A stretch of 64,000 nucleotides of DNA from Octopus vulgaris (taxonomy: Eukaryota). Position numbers and translations under genes: made by a program. The stretch covers positions 118,234,001 to 118,298,000 of the forward strand of contig OX597817.1 of the NCBI GenBank assembly GCA_951406725.2, read 5' to 3'. Below, in pieces: positions 1 through 12,223 of this stretch (positions are counted from its first letter, which is position 1; each line of letters begins with the position of its first letter). Below the pieces are notes generated by a model. It saw only the letters and a list, made by a program, of their open reading frames with translations, was not told the DNA's origin and made no database searches.

Positions 1-22
1 GTTTTGGTAACAATCCGATTAT

Positions 23-491
23 TTACATCATTTACATTGAACGGATTTGTGTACTCATCTTGTTCGTCGTTACGACAACGTTTCCGATGATTTACCCTTC
101 AGCCTTCATCAGCTTTCCTGGTAGAATTTTGAACCCAACCCAGGGTTCTTTCTGCTAAGGTTATTATTATCTATTCAAGGAACTGTCTGAAATTGGACTC
201 GAAATCTTGGTGTTAGTAGCCCCTACTCTTAACCATTACGCTATATGCCCGTGGGATTCCGAGTGAAATTCCAGGCAGTGCCTTGAAATAATTATTATAA
301 TTATAACATCAGCAAAAAAAAAATACCTTGGGAATCGGAACCCAGTGTTCGACTCAAAATTCTACCAGGACACCTGGTGAAGGCTGGAGAGTAAATCAGC
401 CGAAACGTTGTGGTAACAACAAACCAGATGAGGACAAATAACCGTTGAATGTAAATAATGTACAGAATACCTCATCTCTAAAATATAGAGC
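23..491. mobile_element. Head-to-head pair of tRNA-headed, hammerhead-containing SINE-like elements within one TSD
   Basis: 24-130 is the imperfect reverse complement of 356-462. Flanked by the direct repeat aacaatccgattat at 9-22 and 492-505. A tRNA-like head lies on the minus strand at ~187-254 (A-box-like tagcgtaatggttaag, degenerate B-box gagtccaatttc). Confidence 0.8.
368..412 (+). ncRNA. Minimal type I hammerhead ribozyme motif (one core substitution)
   Basis: gacac-CTGGTGA-a-ggctg..cagcc-GAAAC-GTT-gtg. The minus-strand copy at 75-113 has a canonical CTGATGA but a damaged stem II. Confidence 0.7.
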
Positions 492-505
492 AACAATCCG
501 ATTAT

Positions 506-1200
506 ATAACTTTACGTTCATCACAGTTAGCCGATATAGAAGGGAATATGGCGACAGCTCTCTTATAGTCGGAGAGGAGTTAGCACAACCGGTCATTGGC
601 TGCTGTGAAAAAAGTGGTAAAACGAAAAAGAGGTCAAGGGATTAGGTTAGAAGTTATGTCCCTACGTTGAGTATACTGTTAAGTAGGCAAGAGTTATCTT
701 TAAGTGGAGAAGATGTGTATTATTAATGTGGTGCGCCTGTGGGATGGGGTGTGTAATATGTGTAATAGAGTCATATGCATATTTTTATCTGGTTGTGTAG
801 GTATATATAGGTGTGTTCATTGGTCTGTTTTCTTTCTGTAAAGGATAAAGTTGTGTGCTTTTTGTTAGCGTGCGGTTTGTAAAGTGTTATGTATGTGGGG
901 GGTCTGTGCATGTGCAGGGGTACAATTTGTGTGCAGGTGTAGGGGAATTTTATTTTGTGTGGTGTCTGCCTTATAGGGGTGTGCGTGTGTGTACATGGGT
1001 GCATTGGTGTGTGCTTTGGTCAAACTATTTTTATCGAGCTCTGTCGCATTGGTGGGATGTCGTTGGGGGGAGGGTCGAAGCAGGGGCCCTGCGGTTGCAG
1101 TCATGGAGGGGCGGGTACATACGATAGGATGTACTTCTTTTCATGCGATCAAGGATTAAACACCTCATACCAGCTATTCAAGAAGACATCCAAGTGTTGG
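506..1200 (-). mobile_element. 5'-truncated Penelope-like element tail (end of GIY-YIG domain plus 3' UTR)
   Basis: Minus strand near 1110-1145 reads EKKYILSYVPA, resembling the [11 protein letters not shown] end of the GIY-YIG fragment at 8841-9177. It abuts a TA tract at 1201. Confidence 0.4.
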
Positions 1201-1412
1201 TATATATATATTGATTTATTTATATTTACATATGTGTGTGCGTATGTATATATATATTCATATATACATACATGCATACATACATATATAAAAAGTGAAA
1301 ATGTGGTTAATGTTATAATACATGATCTGTGGTTTACAATTATTTCAAAAATTCTAGGTTACTAAACATACATCAGGTATGCAGGTATTCATGATTCTAA
1401 CCATAATTTAGT

Positions 1413-1523
1413 GTAGAATATATTATGCAGCCGGCAGTTGTTCTCTGGAACCGATTGAATAAGTATTACTTTATCCATTTAGTTCTGCAGAAACAACTGC
1501 CAGTGTTCTTATATATATACTAC
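1413..1523. repeat. Imperfect ~110-bp hairpin (old MITE-like)
   Basis: ggcagttgttctctggaac pairs with gttctgcagaaacaactgcc; outer gtagaatatat pairs loosely with atatatactac. Confidence 0.5.
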
Positions 1524-3137
1524 ATAATATTTATGACTAAACCGTCGCTATTGTCAACGCTATAGACATGGTGTGTAATTGTTCACTCAAGAGTTGTGGA
1601 AATTGTAGCAAGTATTGAAATAAATGTCATGCCATATACACCGAGTTTCACTTATTTTATAAATCCTGTAGAACGGAAGTAAACTTTACGGAATGTTTTT
1701 CAAGTTATTAACTAAGTTGGTCAATAGACATATCCATAAAGAAAGGAAGGTTGCACAGAACAGATTACTGCTTCCATAGCCTGTATACATAGCAAAGATT
1801 TCAGTATACTTGTGCAGGAAACATCCCTATTCCATTGCAGCAAACTTCCAAAATCATGTTTTCTTTCTAAGACTGTCAATCAAATAGCTATAAAAGCCGC
1901 ACTGAAAAAAAATATATTAAAATAATGCTTGCATAAATATACACAGGCAATCAATCTATCCGTTTTAAACATGAGCAATACTGAACTAGATATTCCACTT
2001 GATTTACCCTCCTTTCTTCAATCATCTTGTTTCCAGCCTCATAGGCTCTACTCGAACCCTTAAATCTAGTCCTTTTCTTGCAGTTTCATCCTTGTGCTCA
2101 TGAGTGACAAGGAAGAGCCAATCTGCAAGTATAAAGGCCACATTCTTGGTATCAATCTCCCCATTCTCAAACAGCCCTAAAAGTCCATAATCACTACATC
2201 TTGTTATAGATTTGGCAAAATAAAAGCCTATGATTCAGCACAGCACTAAATATAGCAAGTGTTTAAGATATGCTAATATTATTTTGTTATACTAGCTGTG
2301 TCTATATAATTTTGAGTAACAGGAACACATTCGCTTATATCGACTACAGTAATTGACAAGTGCGTTATTTTATTGACTCGGCAGCATAGAAGCCAAAATT
2401 GAACTCAGTGGCCTTCGAATTGAGAGCGTAAGGAACTAATATTGTGAGACAGATTGGCGATCTAACCATACTGTCAAACAATGAAAATATATTCAAATAT
2501 ATTAAACGGATATAGAATATGTGACCTCTTCACATAAATTGCTTTACAGTAGAGTGATAGTCCGCTGGAGAAGCATAACATCCTATTATAGCTTATTGAA
2601 CAAAAGATCACAACTAGTGAATTTTGGAGATTATTTCGTCAATATTTACTGAGAAATTTCTAAATAAAAATTGGCTGAAATAGTTTTCCACATAATTGAT
2701 TTGCTGCAATCTCAACGATGGTGACATATTGTAAAAAACAGTCAGTCATCAACACAAAAACGGCAGTAACATTTCCTCGTTTTTATATATTTTACAGATA
2801 TGATATGGAAATAACACGTGATTATTTATGAAAGTGTTCCATTCATAAATCAATCCATTCATATATCAATATGTGACACATTTACTAACAGTCTTTTGGC
2901 AACCATTCAAATTTCGATAACTAATAATAATATTTCGATGTGTTTATAATCATTCTACTTATATATTTCCATACCGGTTCCTTCTTCAACTGTTTCATTG
3001 GCTACAAAGCTTTTCTAGTTGCATTTTGCCCTCGTGATTTGATGCAAATAGAAGTTAATAATCCATTTATTATTAGCATTGGCATATTTGCTTCTGACCT
3101 GAGTAAAATTCGTATTACTGAAAGACCAATATGCATA

Positions 3138-3302
3138 CGCGCAAGCGTGGTTGTGTGGTACGTAGCTTGCTTACCAACCACGGGGTTCCGGGTTAGGTCC
3201 AACTGCCTGGCACCTTAGGCAAGTGTTTTCTACTACACCCTCCGGTCGACCAAGTCCTTGTGAGTGGAATTGGCAGATTGAAACTGAAAGAAACCCATCG
3301 TA
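3138..3302 (+). mobile_element. tRNA-derived CORE-type SINE, 5' half
   Basis: Matches the 5' half of the full copy at 53482-53929 (gtggttgtgtggta..caccttaggcaagtg..gaaactgaaagaa). Confidence 0.85.
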
Positions 3303-3319
3303 TATATATATATATATAT

Positions 3320-4198
3320 GCGCTTAAGGTGACCTGCTCTACGTGCGGGTAAGAGTGTGGTTCTTACTTTCTGTTGCTTCCTTTCTGTTTTTTATCACCA
3401 CATTCTCTCTCTTTGTTTCTCTCTCATTTTCTCACTTTCTTACTCTTCCTTTTCCTCGGATTCTCCCTCACTTTCTCTTACTCTCTATCTTTCTCTATCC
3501 ATTTCTCTCCCATTTATAAACAACAAAACTCTTGAGTAAGTTGAGAAAGGAAATATTTTCAAAGATCAATCATAAATATCAGGCAGTGGCAACGGAAAGG
3601 TCTGCTTCAAGGCAGACAGCAATACACTAGCATTTAAACAGGACAGACGAACTTGCGAGCTGAATAAATCTAAAAAATATTGGAAACTAAAGTTTGAAGG
3701 GATAGAATCCGAGGATAGTAGAGTCACCATGGCTGGCAATTCTTAACGACGGACAGCAACGTAGTGGCAGTTTAACGGCTGGCGTAAAATTTTGAACGTG
3801 ATGTAAAAGAAAATTTCTAAACATCAAGTTTTGAAGTGATTCTTTCTCACGACAGTAGACTCACAAATGCAAGCATTCAAAACTTCATCATGGACGGTAA
3901 CACATTGAGGATTTAAAGGCTGGCGCAAATCTTTTAGCTTGATGTAACAGAGAATTCCTAAACAACCATTTCTGTAAATTTTAATCCCCTTCCAGCCCCA
4001 TTTAGACCCCTTTTCACATTTTGGTTAATATAACCCGATTTGATTCAGGTCTACTCGGGTCACATTTTATAAGATGAGGAATTTTGTTCTAGAGGTTACG
4101 CCTTTCATTTGAGGAAAAGAATAGTTGGCATGCAAACTCGCCAGCACTTTTAACATAGGTGTGCATATTTTCAGCTCAACCGACCACATAATGTACAC

Positions 4199-4254
<56 letters not shown>

Positions 4255-4592
4255 AATAAATGAAAGAATGGAGTTCAACGACGAATTAACAAAATTCCTT
4301 TATTTTCGACATATGTTTCGAATGCTGCATATTCCTAATTTCGAAGGAATAAGGGGTGCATTATGCCGCCTTCTCGTGAGGAAAAACAAGGAACTTATGT
4401 CATCATCAAGATGCACAAAAACTTTTAGATGACTGCCAACACGGAGCCCAAAACACACAAATTTCCACACGAAAGCACGTGATCTCTGCCCTAGGCATGT
4501 AGCTTCAACCGTGTTTTTCTGACGTGAATTTGCTACCCAGGGATCGGTTAACCGAATTATCCTTAATAAGATAATTCATTCAACTACTCAAA

Positions 4593-4632
<40 letters not shown>

Positions 4633-5197
4633 TATATACGCATTATATATATATATATATAAATACAGATATATACACTTTGTATACATACATTATATAT
4701 ACAGATTTATATATATAACACACTCACACATATATATATATATAAATTAACCCAATAAATATCTGATTCATAATATTTGTTCTCATGATTGTGTTGTGGT
4801 TGTGGCGATAATAATTCTATCTATGAATGCAGACAAACGTAGAGAGCAAGAGTGGGGATGTGGAAGAAAGAGTGAAAGCGGCGGGGGAAAGATAGTAGAC
4901 CATATCAAATGACGTGAATGGAAGGGAGGAGAATGGAAGAGAGAATGTGAATGGAAGGGAGGAAAGAGACAGAGACGGAGAAAGACATACAGATAAGAGA
5001 ATGAGAGAAGACTTGTCAAAGTGTGCGTTTTTTGCCCTAAGATAGGGATTTCTAACCTAGCCCATTCACGACTCACCTCATTTTACATGTCTCTATAAAT
5101 TTTGGAGTCAATCCGACGGGATCTAGTGCCCTTTAACCCGTTCCAATGCCAAAACCAGACAAACAAACTTTTCGCATTTCAGATTTATAGATATTGA
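3320..5197 (+). mobile_element. Probable Helentron/DINE-1-like non-autonomous element with nested insertions
   Basis: 5' hairpin gacctgc..gcgggt, internal ~140-bp diverged tandem (3771 and 3912), and a 3' end cagacaaacaaac..tttatagatattgat resembling HINE-type ends. Confidence 0.35.
4303..4385 (-). ncRNA. Type I hammerhead motif of a Penelope pseudo-LTR (one core mutation)
   Basis: Minus strand: ttttc-CTCACGA-gaaggcggc...gcagcattc-GAAAC-atat-GTC-gaaaa. Stem I ttttc/gaaaa is perfect. Architecture is similar to 41370-41458. Confidence 0.7.
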
Positions 5198-5336
5198 TGA
5201 TTGATGTATATATATCTATACGTATAATTAATCAGAAAAAACAAAACAACGAAAAAATACAAGAAAATAACAACAACGCGAGGACATCGTACATGCAAAT
5301 TATTAACAGACGCTTAGGGAAGAAAAGGTAGGTAGC

Positions 5337-5368
5337 TTTATGTTACGAGCAAAGCTCTTCTTCAGAAA
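5337..5368 (-). ncRNA. Degenerate minimal hammerhead motif
   Basis: Minus strand: ttt-CTGAAGA-a-gagc-ttt-gctc-GTAAC-ATA-aa; consensus would be GAAAC-GTA. Confidence 0.55.
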
Positions 5369-5429
5369 TATGACTTAGTCTAAGAGAAAAGGAAGACGAG
5401 GGAAAATATGGCCAAGGATCAACATGGAT

Positions 5430-5773
5430 ATGTGTGTGTGTATGTATGTGATGTGTGTGTTAAAGTGTCTGTGTTTGTACCCTCACCATTGCTTGACAAC
5501 TGATGTTCCTGCAAGTACGTCCCCTTAATCTAGCGGTTCGGCAACACAGACCGGTAGAATAAGTACTCGGTTTACAAAGAATCAGTACTGAGGTCGATTT
5601 TTCCGACTAAAGGCGGTGCTCCAGCGTGGCCGCAGTCAAATGACTGAAACAAATAAAAGAATAAAACAAAAGTAACGTTATATATTGTGTACATAAACTT
5701 ACTTGAATGATTGTTTATTTGAAATAAGACGTTTAAGATGAATTCAACTGGATCGTAATTGTTTCTGTCTGTG

Positions 5774-5811
<38 letters not shown>

Positions 5812-5927
5812 CATATATATACATAGGCGCAGGAGTGGCTGTGTGGTAAGTAGCTTGTCTACCAACCACATGGTTCCGGGTTCAGAATCCCACTGCGTGG
5901 CACCTTGGGCAAGTGTCTTCTACTATA
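5430..5927 (+). mobile_element. CORE-type SINE fragments (3' half 5430-5665; 5' part 5826-5927)
   Basis: Both segments match the copy at 53482-53929 (cttgacaactgatg..ggcggtgctccagc..tgactgaaac; ggcgcaggagtggctgtgtggtaag). Confidence 0.85.
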
Positions 5928-6143
5928 GAAATAGATACTTATTAAATTGTGTATATTTAAATCGAAACAGACACGAAAATAGCTTCCGCGATAAACGAAC
6001 AAGTTTGAAGTTCAATCATGATAGTGTAACGAAAATGAAGTGTGCAAGCATCTACGCCTCTCACCCTACTCCTCTTTCTATTTGTTATTCTCATTCTCTC
6101 TTTCTTTCTCTCCCGCTCTCACTCTTTCACACTACACACACAC

Positions 6144-6180
<37 letters not shown>

Positions 6181-6435
6181 TATATACACACACGCATACA
6201 CATGTCTTCGTCTTTTGGTTTTTGTAAATTCTAACTACATATATATATGTATATATATATATACATGCACAGACAGATACAATTACGATCCAGTTGAATT
6301 TGATACTTAAATTGAGACACCAAGCCAGTTTGGTACAGTCTGCGCAGCTCGAAGTTATGTAAATAAAAAGTAATTAAGCAACAAGGATGCACTGATACCT
6401 GGACATCCTTGTTACTTATTGCTCTGTCTCCCTCC

Positions 6436-6483
<48 letters not shown>

Positions 6484-6496
6484 CACACACACACAA

Positions 6497-6556
<60 letters not shown>

Positions 6557-6595
6557 CATAGATGAGGTCCATGTGTTCTCCGTATTGAATTCACT

Positions 6596-7104
6596 TAGTA
6601 GTGCTCAGAACATTGAAACTTGAGCGGGTATAGAAGCAAAAGTGGGGATAAGGAAATTAGATAGATCAATATATAAAGTCAATTAAATACATGACATACA
6701 AACTATGTATATATGTATTGATATATAAAGGTCCAACTTACACAGAGTGCAACTGATATAGAAAATTAAATTGGTTGAAGAAAGCTATTACAAATCCAAC
6801 AGTTGTTAAACTATTAAACTATTCTTTCGCATAGTTACCTCCCTCACAATTGATCTCCTCTTTCCCCTCCTTACCAATCCCACTCTTTTGGATACTAACC
6901 TGTCAACCTCTACCCCACTCTATATTCATTTCCCTGTGTTCAATTTCATACACCTCTAGTAGTGCTCAGAACATTGAAACTTGAGCGGGTATAGAAGCAA
7001 AAGTGGGGACAAGGAAATTAGATAGATCAATATATAAAGTCAATTAAATACATGACATACAAAATATGTATATATGTATAGATATATAAAGGTCCAACTT
7101 ACAC
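6596..7104. repeat. 148-bp near-identical direct repeat (6596-6743 and 6957-7104)
   Basis: tagtagtgctcagaacattgaaac...ggtccaacttacac occurs twice with about 3 differences. Confidence 0.95.
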
Positions 7105-8684
7105 TATATGGGCTATCAGCTCACCTCCAACCGGTCTCTCCACCCCTCTATCTTCTCTCATACCTTTCTACATACTTTTGTAATCTCACTCAGCCACTGA
7201 CCTATTCACCTTACTTCAGTTTAATAATTGCCATTCTTTTTTCTCACTAACTAAACCATTAATTCTATACCTTTCCAACCAAATTAACACAATAGTCTAC
7301 CATTCACATATTACCAACCCCACCCTCCCCTCATCGTCCAACTCTCCAGCTCTACTACTCTTCTCCCTACAAGCCTCTTTATTAACCCATTACTCTTGAA
7401 ATATCTTTTCTCCTCTCACTATTCTCTACGTTAATATTACCCCAGTTCCCCTCTCTAATACACTTAGCTCTCCACATTCAATTATTCTATCTTTGAATCT
7501 CTCTGCTTCAAGATTTCAAATGTAAGATATCTTCCCTAAAAATGGAGGCTTGTCTCGTCCTATGTTAAATGCATCCATCCGGGCGCATTCTCTGATGGAA
7601 TTAATCTACAAACATTATTATGGATCGTCGGGACGCTCACCATACAGCAGTTTGATTTTTTATACCTTTCTTCCACCACATATGTATGTGTGTGTGTGCG
7701 TGTGTGTATGTGTGTATGTGTGTGTGTGTATGCCATGTGCAAATATATATATATGTATATTCATCATGTTAAATATAATTATGATATTATTCAGTATCAA
7801 TTGCTAAAGGGATACGTAGAAATATAGATAGACAAATATTTGTTAAATCTCCACAAGTAATTATACGTCATGAATCATGTGATCTCCTCAGTGACTCCCC
7901 ATCCCACGTGTCTCCCTCTGTTCTGTTTAGTCTATTGCTATATGTGTGGGCGCTCAGATTGCAGAGATCACCCACTTAATAATACAGAGAATGGAACAAT
8001 ACAATCATACTACGCAACCTGATAACTAAAGACAGAAGAGAAGGAAAGACAACATCACAGATACAAGTAGTATACTACATACATTTGTATACACACACAA
8101 AAAGAAAAAAAAACACATACACATTCCTAAAACGAAATGGGAAAATATAGTGATGAATAAGAAATAAATGGAAAAATACTAAATAAATGACACAGATATA
8201 AACAGTAATATAAGCAAACTCATAAGCACACATACAAAACACATAAACATGCGAACACAGTCGCACGCATGCACGCACATACACAAAATCGTATGTGCAG
8301 ATAAGGAGACACTCCATAGAAGGATCGAATGAACTAAATAGAAAAAGGTGATATGTGGGATGGAGAGTCGCAGAAGTGGTCACAGGATGTGTGACAAAGA
8401 TTATAAAGGACATAAAATAAGAACAATAATAAATCTGAAGTAAAACGCGAAAATATCGTGCGTGTGTTCATTTGGCAAAAAAAAAAATAACCTTCCCCGA
8501 AATATGAAAATATCTGTTTCAACATACAATTTCACATCAGGAATTTAGAAAAATATATACATGAACAAACTGATAAAATAATGAATTCATTATAAAATAT
8601 TTTTTTGCACGATAGCGGTATCACTGACCGGAACTTGGTGATTTATTATTTAAGCATCTGATTAACTTGAATACTGAAATTGTA

Positions 8685-8718
<34 letters not shown>

Positions 8719-8840
8719 TATATATATATATGTATATATGTATGTATGTATATATATATATATATATATATGTACATATATATATATATATATATGAACA
8801 TATATATATATATATATATGTACATATATATATATATATA

Positions 8841-9177
8841 CAGAGAGATAAGATTTAAAAATGGTGACATATTCAAAGTAAATGCAGATATGAACTGCAA
8901 GACGCAGAACGTCATATACTGCATAACCTGCCCCACGTGCAAGGAGAATTACGTAGGTGAAACGGGTAATTCTTTGTGCCAGCGAGCCAGGATCCACCGA
9001 CAACATATTCGGCAGGAAGAACTACGCAAAATACCACTAAGCACACACCCAGCTACATGTGGAGAAGGAAAATTTAAGATATTTCCCATCTACAAGTGTC
9101 CGAAGAACGACACCTCCTTCAGGAGGAATATGGAAAAACATTTCATAGCTAAGTTCTCCCCCAAATTAAATGGCTGA
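8841..9177 (+). pseudogene. Penelope-like GIY-YIG endonuclease domain, 5'-truncated at a TA tract
   Basis: [35 protein letters not shown]...[17 protein letters not shown] has the VIY/YVGET/R/E/LN signature. Confidence 0.9.
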
Positions 9178-9192
9178 AACTTTACTCAACAT

Positions 9193-9450
9193 ACATTGAA
9201 GGACAAATTTTTCGATTTACAATATGATACAGTGGAACATTTAATATATGTGTGTATATATATAGGTGTGTGTGTGTATGTTACCTGTTATATACATTAT
9301 ATTGTTTTTGCAATTTACTTGATCTTTACTTGCCAATTGTCATTCTAATTTTAACCTTCCTATGACATACAATTTTCAAGATGGTGTAACTTGATTGTTC
9401 ATTTTGATTCGATAGAAGGTGGATTTTTCGCTAATATTTCATGTGTAAGC

Positions 9451-9485
<35 letters not shown>

Positions 9486-9780
9486 CATTGAAGGACACAT
9501 CTTTCGATTTACAATCTAATATAGTAGAACATTTAGTATATGTCTGTATGTGTATATATGTACATATATATATCTGTGTGTGTATAGATATGTGTATTGC
9601 CTGTTATATACATTATATTATATTATTATCTTTATAATTTACTTCCATCTTTACTTTTTAATTGTCACTTTAATTTTAACTTTCCTATGATATACAATTT
9701 TCAAGATGGTGTAATTTGGTTGTTCATTTTGAACCGATAAAAAGGGTTTTTTCAAATATTTTATGTATAAGTCTGTGTGT
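9193..9780 (+). repeat. ~290-bp diverged tandem duplication downstream of the GIY-YIG fragment
   Basis: acattgaaggaca..ttcgatttacaat and acaattttcaagatggtgtaa..ttgttcattttga each occur twice (units start ~9193 and ~9485). Confidence 0.85.
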
Positions 9781-10554
9781 GTATATATATAAGTATTGGT
9801 ATAAATATCAACACACAAAAATATTTTTTTCTTCTTCACCACTTCCTCCCTTATTTTTATTTATTTTTTATTTATTTTTTAATATTTTATTTTTTTAATT
9901 TTTTATTTTTTATATTTTTTAATTATTCTTTATTTTTATTTTTATATTTATTTTTATTTTTATTTTCCCTTTTCTCCTTCTCTCTCTCTTTCTCTCTCTC
10001 CTTCTCCAAACACACAGAGACACACACACACACACGCACACAAAAACACACACAGACACACACACACACCTCCACAAAACGATCATAGAAAGTGTGACCC
10101 CAAATGACATTTGTCCGGCCAGCCTACGCACAACACACACTCAGTGACACGAGACTGGACAGTGAGCAGAGCCAAAATTCTTAGAAAACCACAGGAGGTC
10201 CAGTAGGCCAACGGAAATAATACTTCTTCTTCCCTCTCAGATACAAACGCACACACACACACACACACATACACACACACACATATACAAACACACACAC
10301 ATACACATACACACATGTTTTCTCTGTCTCACTTCCTCCTCACCCTTTTATACTGTCTTATTCCTCCCCACTACTACGAAACTATAAAATGTTCAAATTC
10401 CCCACAAAGGAATTGATTTGATTTGAAAACCCCACTGGATTGGGAGAAAGCGCTAATCCGAATGATATGATCTGAATGATATGATATATATGTAAAAATG
10501 TAATATATAAATAAATATCTATAAATATGAACCATCCGATCTGATTACCTCATT

Positions 10555-10609
<55 letters not shown>

Positions 10610-10692
10610 TTGTTAAAGAGGACAAACACGTTAAGGCAAGACAAACATCTCAAGTCATACGTTATTATTATCGAAAAAAAATAAAGCTATAA

Positions 10693-10748
10693 GTCTTACA
10701 GCTGTTTCTGGGATATCCCATAGTATGGTATATTCTGTTATCGGAGAC
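10693..10748 (-). ncRNA. Degenerate type I hammerhead in a Penelope-like tail (~10605-11560)
   Basis: Minus strand: gtct-CCGATAA...tgggatatccca-GAAAC-agct-GTA-agac, with stem I gtct/agac and a palindromic stem III loop. Confidence 0.6.
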
Positions 10749-11759
10749 AAATAGGGAAAATGAGAAAGGTATAAATTAATGAAATGACGACACAGATTAC
10801 AGGAGAAGAGGAATAAAGAGATGAAGAAGGAAAAGAAGAAGCAGCGTAAAAGTTCACAGTTCAAGTTTCCGATCATATAACGGTAAGTCCATATGTGCAA
10901 TCTTGTGTAAATCCATGTAGGTGAAAGTCCTAATAGTGTAAATATCCAGGAATAGATGCCAACATGTCAGCGTTCAAAAACAGAATGGTAGTGGAGTTGG
11001 CTATTAAATGGTGAAATAAATGAAAAATATATAAATAGAAAGATAGGTAGAGAGAGTGAGGGAGGAAATTAAGGAAAAGGCATTAAGGATAAAAAAGGTA
11101 TATAAGGTTATATAAGTAGAGAGGAGGAAGAGGTAAAGGAAGATGACGTAAAAAAAATGAAAGGAATTCAAAGAGAATATAAGGTGCCAGTAATATTCTT
11201 CTAGTCACTATGGTTGGGGAGGAAATCTAGTAGTAAGTGCTTCTGACTAAGGTCAGTGGCTGTAGAAATATTTTTAGCTATGGGGGTATGGGAATGTAGG
11301 TAGTCGTGATTGGGGAAATCAGTTGAATGTTAAAATATTTAGGGATATGTGTTAGAATTAATTATTAGGAGATTTATTAGGTTAAGATTTTTAAATAAAT
11401 TAAAGGAGTTAACATTTATCATATAAAGTGATGAAGTAAGATTTATTGAAGAGAAACACAGGGGTATATGTTAACGATGCTGGAGTTTAGCATGTGAGTG
11501 TTATTTGTGGTCCACAATTGAAGTACTGGCCCAGAGACCTAGGAAATTATATACCGTATTATTCTATTTATTCGATAGTGTACGTGACTGGCTAGTGATG
11601 CGGAATTGCTATTCTCTTTATATTTGTATATATATATATATATATATGATATATATGTGTGTGTCTATCTGTCTAGCTATGTATGTACGTATCTATCTAT
11701 CTATATCTCTCTCTATATATATATATATAAATAATAAATATATATATATATTTATTATT

Positions 11760-11790
<31 letters not shown>

Positions 11791-11796
<6 letters not shown>

Positions 11797-12223
11797 ATTA
11801 ATAATATCAGGATAATAAAGATTTTAAAAATTTCTACTACCAGTGTCCTAGCGTGTAGAAAAATTAGTCAATAAACAATATATTATTCATTTAAAATACA
11901 GTGTACATTTAAACACATTAAGAGGTTTCCATCATAGGAATCCCTTACGGTAGAAAGAACAGCTAAATTACAAGCCGCAAATTAGGGATAAATTCTCGAA
12001 GGGAATGAGAAATAAAAACATTTACCATCTATTTTCTTAATTAGTCCATAGCTGTTCTTTCTAACGTAAGGGATTCCTCTGATGGAAACCTCTTAATGTG
12101 TTTAAATGTACACTGTATTTTAAATGAATAATATATTGTCTATTGACTAATTTTTCTATACGCTCGGCCACTGGTAGTAGAAATTTCTAAAATCTTTATT
12201 ACCTTGATATTATTAATTATGTA
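11791..12223. repeat. Inverted repeat with ~175-bp arms (11791-11965 and 12049-12223)
   Basis: tacataattaataatatc...gaaagaacagcta pairs with tagctgttctttc...gatattattaattatgta; starts at the end of a TA tract. Confidence 0.95.

Noticed and set aside
7592-7655. Hammerhead at ctgatgg (also ctgatggaaac at ~12079)
   Set aside because: No convincing stem II plus GAAA arrangement; too degenerate to call.
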